64,000 nucleotides of DNA from Dendrobates tinctorius (lineage: Eukaryota), in NCBI RefSeq assembly GCF_039654945.1, contig NW_027361688.1:1178001-1242000 (forward strand), read 5' to 3'. A program made the translations under genes and the position numbers. The notes under the pieces are model-generated. The model saw nothing but the letters and a program-made list of their open reading frames with translations, ran no database searches and was not told the DNA's origin. Below are positions 53,465 through 64,000 of this stretch, in pieces (within the stretch, counting starts at the first letter, position 1; each line of letters starts with the position of its first letter).

Positions 53465-54795
53465 GTATGGAGGGTATATAGCAGTATATGGAGTATACAG
53501 CAGGATATGGAGGGTATATAGCACTATATGGGGGTATACAGCAGGATATGGAGGGTATGTAGCACTATATGGGGGTATACAGCAGGATATGGAGGGTATA
53601 TAGCACTATATGGGGGTATACAGCAGGATATGGAGGGTATATAGCAGTATATGGGGTATACAGCAGGATATGGAGGGTATATAGCACTATATGGGGGTAT
53701 ACAGCAGGATATGGAGGGTATGTAGCACTATATGGGGGTATACAGCAGGATATGGAGGGTATATAGCGCTATATGGGGGTATACAGCAGGATATGGAGGG
53801 TATATAGCAGTATATGGGGTATACAGCAGGATATGGAGGGTATATAGCACTATATGGGGGTATACAGCAGGATATGGAGGGTATGTAGCACTATATGGGG
53901 GTATACAGCAGGATATGGAGGGTATATAGCGCTATATGGGGGTATACAGCAGGATATGGAGGGTATATAGCACTATATGGGGGTATGCAGCAGGATATGG
54001 AGGGTATATAGCGCTATATGGGGGTATACAGCAGGATATGGAGGGTATATAGCGCTATATGGGGGTATACAGCAGGATATGGAGGGTATATAGCGCTATA
54101 TGGGGGTATACAGCAGGATATGGAGGGTATATAGCACTATATGGGGGTATACAGCAGGATATGGGGGGTATATAGCACTATATGGGGGTATATAGCTGGA
54201 TATGGAGGGTATATAGCACTATATGGGGGTATATAGCTGGATATGGAGGGTATATAGCACTATATGGGGGTATACAGCAGGATATGGAGGGTATATAGCA
54301 ATATATGGGGGTATACAGCAGGATATGGAGGGTATATAGCACTATATGGGGGTATATAGCTGGATATGGAGGGTATATAGCACTATATGGGGGTATACAG
54401 CAGGATATGGAGGGTATATAGCAATATATGGGGGTATACAGCAGGATATGGAGAGTATATAGCACTATATGGGGGTATATAGCTGGATATGGAGGGTATA
54501 TAGCACTATATGGGGGTATACAGCAGGATATGGAGGGTATATAGCACTATATGGGGGTATTCAGCAGGATATGGAGGGTATATAGCAATATATGGGGGTA
54601 TACAGCAGGATATGGAGGGTATATAGCGCTATATGGGGGTATACAGCAGGATATGGAGGGTATATAGCGCTATATGGGGGTATACAGCAGGATATGGAGG
54701 GTATATAGCGCTATATGGGGGTATACAGCAGGATATGGAGGGTATATAGCGCTATATGGAGGTATACAGCAGGATATGGAAGGTATACAGCAGAA
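53465..54795. repeat. 41-bp minisatellite built from two ~20-bp subunits
   Basis: TATATGGGGGTATACAGCAGGATATGGAGGGTATATAGCAC, about 32 copies; degenerate relatives near 34540, 40710, 51570 and 57550. Confidence 0.95.
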
Positions 54796-54796
54796 T

Positions 54797-55350
54797 ATAA
54801 CCCTTTGCTCCCCTGACAAGTGATAATCTCAGTGATTTCTCCCTGTCTCACGCCGCCATTGATCCGAGCAGGAGGTCACCGGGGAGGAGTCCGCTCTGTG
54901 ACTAGTGAAACGTCCTGGAGATAAAAGCGGGAAAATGACCGGAAAAAGTGCGGGAAATTCAAAACCCCCAACAGCTCTGTGCTCCGCCCACATGTGAGGA
55001 GAAGCCGCAGCTCCTGCTGCTGGGGGAGGGGCTGGTGACCGCGCTGTGCCCGGATGGCTGCAGTCTGCTCTACGGGAGCCGGAAACACCGACCACTGAAG
55101 GGTTAACTCTGAGTGTCTGCGGGGAAGTGACCCTGAGGGCGGAGCCATAGCCCTACTGAGTGCTGATTGGCTGAGCACTGAATATGAAATTCCCGCCCAA
55201 CGGCTGATAGTTCCTCCTCTCTTTGTTCCCCTCAGTGTGTCATGGCGGCTCCTGTCAGGCTGAGGAGAGCTGTAGACTCCTCACTATGTGAGTATTGTGT
55301 GTCCAGCATCATATGGCCGTATATACCGCTCTGTATGGGGGTTACACACC
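54797..55350. promoter_or_regulatory. Bidirectional promoter-like module with two putative first exons (other copies 32675-32980, 34770-35460, 52065-53020)
   Basis: E2F-type TTTCCCGC x2 and CHR TTTGAA on the minus strand; GC box, ATTGG and TTCCCGCC on the plus strand; ATG plus GTGAG donor in each direction. Confidence 0.55.
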
Positions 55351-56340
55351 GCTGTAGGGAGTACTGCTAATTATAATGTGGGCTGCCTGTTTTCTTTGTT
55401 TACCCCCTAGTGGCAGTGTACATGACAGGTTGGCACAGTGGGTATAATCCTCAGAGCGATTATACCTGTCTGTGGCCTAAAGTCATTTAACCCTTTCAAT
55501 AACGCTGTCACGTGCATTTACATCCCGGTTTTCGCTGCACCGTGTCTTATTACTGTAATTTTTGTTGCTAAACCTGAAAAAATTACAAAGAAACCGATGT
55601 CAGCAGTTATATTCCCCTGATATTACACACCCTCATCCCTAGACCGGTGGAGACTCCTGATCAATGATCAACTAAAGGCTGATCTATTTCAGGGTCTGAA
55701 TCTCACATTGTCATTAATGGTGACGCCGATCACTTGATTATAGTGGCAGGAGATACATGAGCAGAGTACAGTATGGAGGGTATATAGCAGTATATGGGGG
55801 TATATACAGTAGAACTATGTGAGGATGACCTCAACCACACAAAACTGTCTTTAGTGGCACCATGGTGAATCTCACTTCTGTGCTATTTGGGAGTGATCAC
55901 AGCATCTATTACTAATTCAAATAAGCTTTATTGGCAGGACTAAATACAGTTTTGCCAAAGCAAGTGTAGAAAAAGGGATGGGGACTGTAGGAAAGGTGGA
56001 TGGGGGCAGATCCAGGGTGGGGGCCATAGAAGACCATGGCATACCATAGTTCTCTTTCTCACAGTCTATGGCATGCGCTCACATATTGAGCTGCTATCTC
56101 CACTGCTCTCTTCTTCCCCCAGCAGGATGTTTTCTCTTCCTCTTTCATGGTGACGAAATCCGGGAAGAGATGTGTCCCTCACTGCTGAGTAGCTAAACTT
56201 CTGTTCAAATTTTCTTACTCAATGCAATAACATTCCCCAGTTAGAAAAGTGGAACAAAGACACGTAGCGACAGCTCTGCTGTAGACGGGGTGGGTGGCTC
56301 TTAGAAGAGCCTTTGGGTTGTGGGTACAGAGCAGAGCAGA

Positions 56341-56742
<402 letters not shown>

Positions 56743-56845
56743 TCACTGGAGAGAGAATAATGATCCTGCTCCTCCCAGAGCGGCCGTATTTATAGACCGG
56801 CCATGCAAATGAGCAATGCTGTCAGATCGCTGTGCTATTGGGTGA

Positions 56846-57442
<597 letters not shown>

Positions 57443-58396
57443 GTGCTGCCACTGACCCCGTATCCACACAACCCAAAGGCTCTTCTAAGAGCCACCCACA
57501 CCGTCACCACAAGAGCTGACGCCGCTGATCTCTGGTGTGATCTGTATGTACTGATCTGTCATGTATACCACCTTATAGTGCTGTTCACAAACATTGCCAT
57601 ATAAAGTCATATAGTGCAGTAAATTCTCCTTATACTGCTGTATACCCACCATATATGAACATCCATTTAATGCTGTGCATGTCTATATAGTGCTGCATAC
57701 TGCTATAAAGTAAATGATACCCTTCATTCATCTAGTGCTATGTAGTCCCCATATAGTGCTGTATTCAGGGCTGGGGTATCTGGGCCCCACAGGGGGAATT
57801 GACTCTAGGGGCCACCCTACAGCTGTATGCAAATAACTTAGCCGTTATCCCTAATACAGTGGAGCGTCGACTGTAAAACACAGGCGGCTCCTGCACATTT
57901 ACTGTGCGCCACCATAACTGGGATGTATAATTACGGTAGTTTGCATTAAACAATGCTATCCACATGTTAAGGAGGTGATAACTTGTTGATCGGTGGAAAC
58001 CGCACTGATCCGAAGAATGGGGAACTTTTATCCATGAACGGACACTTTTATCCCCATTTTAAAATGGAGCGGCAGATGGGATGTCTGATCACAGCTCCAT
58101 TCATTCTCTTTGGGGGCTTCCAGAAAAAGCCAAGTGCAGCCTCTTAGGGAATGAACAGATCGGTGGTCAAGTCGTACATGCTGCTCCATACTAATGGGGA
58201 CAGGGTTCGACTGCCCCACCGGGACACGCCTGGTGGGCCCCGCCCCAGAGAGGAGGGAGAAGAGGGAAAAAAAAAACAAGGCGGAAAAAAAAAGGAACGC
58301 GGGCCCTTTAACACCAAAGGAGGCCCAGGCGTGCGCACGAGACGCATGCTGTCTCGTGCACGCAGTCCCGTCCCGACCAGGGCTGGCGGCACCACC

Positions 58397-60700
58397 CAGA
58401 GGCGTATCTAGGTGGGGGGGGCAGCTGGGGCAGTTTCTCCGAGCGCAGCCGGCAGGGTGGCGCAGTCGGGCCGCCTGATGCGGCGGTCCGCAGTGTCTCC
58501 CCTGGCGGCTGCGTTTTGCCGCCCCCCCCCCCCCCCCCCCCGGCCTGAGAGTCGGCGGTTCTGTCAGCTGTCAAGCTCCCAAGGTGCTCCCTATACAGAC
58601 ACCAGTACAATTGCAGCTCTGACCGCCGGGTCAGAGCGACGTCAGCGTGATCAGGTCATGTGATCACGCTGCTGTCACTCCCCGGCACCCAGAGCGAAGG
58701 CTGGTGGTAAGTGTGCTCCAATGTGGAGCTGTAGGACCACCGAAGATGGGGGGGGGGGTTAATGTGGGGATGGGGGTTAACCCCTTTCCTACATTAGACG
58801 TACTATTCCGTCCATGTGATCTGGGACCTAAGTCCCAAGGACTGAGTAGTACGTCTAGCGCGATCAACTGCCCCCGACACATTAACCCCTGGCACACCAC
58901 GATCAATCATGATCGAGGTGTACTGGAGGTATAGGAGAGAAGCGCGCAGGCAGGCGGCTCCCTCCATGCTTCCTTGAGACCCCCGTAGCAGTGCGATGTG
59001 CAGCGCTGCTGCGGGGGCCTCTTCCCTGCAGGTCCCCGAATCCAATATGGCCCCGGGGGCCTGCAGCGATCTGTGATGTGACAGATCAGCGATCTGTCAC
59101 ATTACAGTGATGTCCCCCCTGGGATAATGTAATAGTTTTTTAAAAAAAAAAGTAAAAATTTTTAAAAAATCGTTAAATTAAAAAAAAAACCCTAATTCAT
59201 TTTTTGAAAAATAAAAAACAATAAAAGTACACATATTTGGTATCACCGCGTCCGTAACGACCCGCCCTATAAAAACTGTCCTGCTCGTTAACCCCTTAAT
59301 TGAACCCCGTAAAAAAGAAAAAATGAAGCAAAAAAACAATGCTTTATTATCATACCGCCGAATAAAAAGTGCAATAACGCGCGATCAAAAAGACGGATAT
59401 AAATCATGGTACCGCTGAAAGCGTCATCTTGTCCTGCAAAAAACGAGCCGCCACACAGCGTCATCAGCGAAAAAATAAAAGTTATAGCTTGCAGCATAAA
59501 GCGATGCAAAAATAATTTTTTATATAATTGTTTTCATTGCATAAAAAGCGCCAAAACATTAAAAAAGACAAATGAGGTATCGCTGTAACCGTACTGACCC
59601 AAAGAATAAAACCGCTTTATCAATTTTTACCACACACGGAACGGTGTAAACGCACCCCCAAAAGAAATTCATGAAATGCTGGTTTTTGCTCATTCTGCGT
59701 CCCAAAAATCGGAATAAAAAGCGATCAAAAAATGTCACATGCTTGAAAATAGTACCAATACAAACGTCAACTCGTCCCGCAAAAAATAAGACCTCACATG
59801 ACTCGGTGGGTCAAAATATGGAAAAATTATAGCTCGCAAAATGTGGTGATGCATAACCTGTTTTTACAATAAAAAGCGTCTTAGCGTGTGACAGCTGCCA
59901 AACATAAAAACCCGCCATTAAAAAAAAAAAATCAACAAAAAAAAAGCCATTAATAGTAAATCAACCCCCTTAGTTAGGGAAAAATAATAAAAAATTTTTT
60001 CCATTTTCCCATTAGGGCTAGGGTTGGAGTTAGAATTGGGGGGGGGGGTGGGGTTTCCACTGTTTTGGTACATCAGGGGCTTTCCAAACGCGACATGGCG
60101 TCCGATCTCAATTCCAGCCAAAAAAGTCAAATGGCGCTGCTTCCCTTCCCGAGCTCTGCCATGTGCCCAAATAGTGGTTTACCCCCACATATCGGGTATC
60201 AGCGTACTCAGGACAAATTGCACAATGACTTTTGGGGTCCTGTTACCCTTGGGAAAATAAAAATTAGGGGTGAAAAGATCATTTTTGTTGAAAAAATGAT
60301 TTTTTAATTGTACGGCTGTACGTTGTAAACTTCTGTGAAGCCCTTGGAGGTTCAAAGTTCTCACCACATATCTAGATAAGTTCCTTGGGGGGTCTATTTT
60401 CCAAAATGGGGTCACTTGTGGGGGGTTTCCACTGTTTAGGCACATCAGGAATTCTCCAAACTTGACATGGCGTCCGATCTGAATTCCAGCAAATTTTGCA
60501 GTGAATAAGTCAAACGGCGCTCCTTCCCTTCTGAGCTCTGCTATGCGCAGAAACAGTGGTTTCCCCCCCCCCCACATATCAAGTATCGGCGTATTCGGGA
60601 CAAATTGCACAATAACTTTTGCAGTCCAATTTCTCCTGTTACCCTTGGTAAAATAAAAAAATTGGACCTGAAGTAATTTTTTTGTGAAAAAAAGTTAAAT

Positions 60701-60749
<49 letters not shown>

Positions 60750-62640
60750 ATCCTGTGAAGCACCTGAAGGGTTAATAAACTTCTTGAATATGGTTTTGAG
60801 CACCTTGAGGGGTGCAGTTTTTAGAATGGGTATTTTCAAATGTGATGTGGTCCGTAAAAATAAAATGGTGTTGTAAAAATGAGAAATCGCTGGTCAACTT
60901 TTAACCCTTATAACTTGCTAATAAAAAAAAAATTTGGTTCCCAAATTGTGCTGATGTTAAGTAAACATGTGGGAAATGTTACTTATTAAGTTTTTGAGTG
61001 CCATATCTCTGTGATTTAAGAGCATAAAAATTCAAAGTTGGAAAATTGTGAAATTTTCGCCAAATTTCCGTTTTTTTTTTTTTTTTCCACAAATAAACGC
61101 AAGTTATATGAATGAAATTTGACGACTAACATGAAGTGCAATATGTCAGAATCACCGGGATCCATGGAAGCGTTCCAGAGTTATTGCCTCATAAAGGGAC
61201 AGTGATCAGAATTGTAAAATTTGACCCGGGAGTTAACGTGCAAACCACCCTTGGTAGTAAAGGGGTTAATGTGGGGATGGGGGTTAATCTGTGGGGGGTT
61301 AATGGTGGGGGGTTAATTAGTGGGGATGGGGGGGTTAATGTGTGGGGGGATTTGGAGTGGGGGTACATAATGTGTTGGGGGATTTGGGAGTAGGGACGGG
61401 GGGTTATTGAGTGGGGATGGGGATACTTAATGTGTGGGGGGATTTGGGAGTGGGGGGTACATAATGTGTAGGGATTTGGGAGTAGGGAGGTTATTTGAGT
61501 GGACATGGGGTGTTTAATGTGTGGGGGGATTTGGAGTGGGGATGGGGGGTACTTAATGTGTGTGGGGGATTGGGGATGGGGGGATTTAATATGTGTGGGG
61601 AGATTTGAGGACACAAAATGAAGAGTATGTATGAGGAAACAGTATGGGGGATGGGTGCAGACAGTATGGGGAGCCAACGGGTTAATGTATGGGGAGTGAG
61701 GGTTATGGGATGTGAGCAGACACAGTATGGGGAGTCAGTGGTATGTGTGAGCAGACAGTATAGAGAGTGAGGGGGTAAATATATGAGGAGACAGTATGGT
61801 GAACAGGGGGGATGTTACAGGAGACAGTACGAGGAGGGAGGAGAATAGTGTGAGGTGACAGTATATTGCAGATATTTTTATTTAGGAGCATTATAATGAC
61901 ACTTCTATCTTTAAGGGCATTGTGTGGAGATTTGCTGCAGAAGACCGGAGAAGATGGAAGTCTGCAGAGACGGCTGTGGATGAGAAAACTCCCATCATGG
62001 GGTCTTGACAAGAAGAAGAAAAGAACGACTCCAGAGACGACGTCGTCTATAAGGTACCTGGATGTAAATATTATTTGTGATACTGACTTATTCTCATGTT
62101 TTTATTTATGTTAGGAACATTAATGGGGTTGTTCAGGTTTGTGCTGAGTCTGCAGTCATTCTATGTTGGGATTCTCTCATGCTGATAATTTACATACATG
62201 CGGTCACATGCTGACTAGACGTGTGGCTTCACTCAATGAAAATGAACGGAGCGAGGCCGGGCACGTCTAGTCGGAATGTGGCCAGAAGTATACAAATCAC
62301 ATACTTGTGCTGACATGACTGTACATCGGCAAGGGACAATCCTAAAAGTGTGCAGTGCATTAGTTGTGAGAATTCAGAAGCTGCAATGTCAGGACTCAGC
62401 TCTGCAGGTTCCAGTAGTCATCACATAGAAACTTCACTCATGTGCGATTTTCATAGTTATGGTCCTGTGACAACAAGCTTCTCTTCCTGCTTTCAGTTTT
62501 TTACTGAACATTGAGAGCATTAGAGAGAGCAGCTCGTGGGTACATGGTGAAGTGTGCAAGTCGCATATGTACTTGGGGGGGTTGAGGGGCGCCAAACCAA
62601 GTTTTTGCCCCGGGTGCCAGAAAGCCTAGATGTGCCTCCG
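58397..62640. mobile_element. Non-autonomous hAT-type element
   Basis: Imperfect TIR CAGAGGCGTATCTAGG / CCTAGATGTGCCTCCG; 8-bp TSD GCACCACC at 58389-58396 and 62641-62648. Confidence 0.8.
58781..61265. mobile_element. Non-autonomous piggyBac-like element nested in the hAT-type element
   Basis: TTAA|CCCCTTT...AAAGGGG|TTAA; right half matches 17870-19558. Confidence 0.8.
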
Positions 62641-63087
62641 GCACCACCCGCCCTGGTGAACCCAGGTAAGCGCTGGGGCCCTGGGCAAACGGGGAGTGGA
62701 ACACGCAGGACGCAGCATAGGGTCTGTGAGTCGGGGGCCCCCCGGCACCAGCGCTGGCATCGGGGCCCCCTCTAATACTCACCTCTCCTCGTTCCGGCAG
62801 CTGCAGGGTCTTCAGCGCTCTGACTCTGTGGCGTCTCAGGGCCAGAGAGTGCGATGACGTTATCACTGCGCGCTCAGCCTCTCTGTCCTGAGTGCTGCAG
62901 AGCTTGGAGAGGCGCTAAGTGCACTGGACCTGCGGTGGAACGGGAGAGGTGAGGATTTTCTTTTTCTTTTTTTATTTATGCAGCATTACATGGGGCCTAA
63001 AATGCTGTATGGCGTAGCAGGGGCCCATAATATACTGTATGGAGGAGCAGTATATGTAGCCTGTGATATACTGTATGAATGAGCATG

Positions 63088-63277
63088 AGGCAGGCCTTAG
63101 GGAGAGAGGGGCAGCCCTGTATGGAGCAGTATCTGCTAGGGGCTGCAGCGCTAAGAGGCCGCTGAAACAATCCTCTCACGGCGGCACCCTGGATTATTTC
63201 AGCAGCCTCTTAGCGCTGCAGCCCCTTGCAGATACTGCTCCATACAGCGCTGCCTCTCTCTCCCTAAGGCCTGCTTC
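63088..63277. repeat. Long inverted repeat (MITE-like hairpin, arms of about 85 bp)
   Basis: GCAGGCCTTAGGGAGAGAG...GCTAAGAGGCCGCTGAAA mirrored by TTTCAGCAGCCTCTTAGC...CTCTCTCCCTAAGGCCTGC. Confidence 0.8.
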
Positions 63278-63419
63278 ATCCAGTCACACTGTATCCAGCC
63301 CCTTTGATAGACTCGCGCTCCAGTCATTAAAAAATAAACAGCATTATATGATTTCATTCCTGCCTTAGGATATCTTTTACCCTACTGTATCTCTTAGTCT
63401 ACTCTAAAGAAACAAAAAG

Positions 63420-63530
63420 ACCTTTCTGATGAAGGTCCGTTGTTGGACTGAAAACGTTCATATGATATGAGTCTATTTTTGTCTGGATGCACAATAAAGA
63501 TAAAATTGCTTCTCCGTTTTTGAGTGCCAA
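63420..63530 (+). ncRNA. Hammerhead-ribozyme-like core in a Penelope-type terminal remnant
   Basis: CTGATGA-A-GGTCC(gttgtt)GGACT-GAAA-ACGTTC, followed by AATAAA and TGAGTGCC. Confidence 0.5.
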
Positions 63531-64000
63531 GTATTTTTGTATATGTCATATTATTGAGTCACTATATGGTCTGATCATGGTGTGGCAGTATTTGTCCCTT
63601 GCATGTAGTATAATTTGGTCACCAAGCTGTCTGGTCATGGTGTGGCAGTATTTCTTTTCTGTATGTGGTATTATTCGGTCACCATGTGGTGGAATATGTA
63701 GTCTAGTTATAGTGTGGTGGTATTTCTCCTTGTATGTGGTATTTGGTCACTATGTGGTCTGGTCATGGTGTGGTGGAATTTCTTCCCTGCATGTGGTATT
63801 ATTGGTCTTGGTATAGTGGATTGTGTTGTGTATGGTGGTCATTTGTTCTCTCTAATAATTAAATACTTGGCACACAGCGGTAGAGATGCACTTACAGGGG
63901 TTTTCCTGTGAAAAAAGTAATCACCGCCACAGGATAAGTGATAACGTATTGATCGGTGGGGGTCTGACTACTTGGACCCATTCAGCAAAATGTGGAACTT

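Noticed and set aside
55242-55287. MAAPVRL resembles the N-terminus of MUS81
   Set aside because: Only 7 residues match; the following sequence does not fit and no further exons are visible, so no gene symbol was assigned
61266-61700. Pro/His-rich 162-aa ORF on the minus strand
   Set aside because: Arises from a G-rich low-complexity repeat inside a non-autonomous transposon

Overview
Vertebrate genomic DNA, most likely a frog (inferred from the TE repertoire, the intronless TRIM and the histone sequences). It is repeat-rich and carries few host genes. Host genes: one intronless RING-Bbox-coiled-coil-PRY/SPRY TRIM gene (19714-21498) preceded by an ISRE, and three divergently transcribed replication-dependent H2A/H2B pairs (33.2-34.4, 35.9-37.1 and 56.3-57.5 kb). 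Each H2B has the same 128 nt masked with N. Mobile DNA: a CR1 LINE, an L2 LINE, nested chromodomain Gypsy (Tf1/sushi-like) LTR elements including one full-length copy with a 5-bp TSD, a non-autonomous Helitron, and piggyBac-like, hAT and Harbinger-type non-autonomous elements. A 10.5-kb hAT transposon (8-bp TSD) carries a broken transposase, two 130-bp satellite arrays and a captured 18S rDNA fragment. Most notable observations: (1) a reading frame conserved across the U3 of divergent LTR subfamilies and ending at the self-priming site; (2) a U_UUA_AAC -1 slippery site joining CR1 ORF1 to an AUG-less ORF2; (3) an orphan bidirectional E2F/CHR promoter plus first-exon module repeated four times among the histone pairs; (4) the cargo-laden hAT; (5) a Penelope-type hammerhead-like motif. 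All calls were made by eye, with no database searches.
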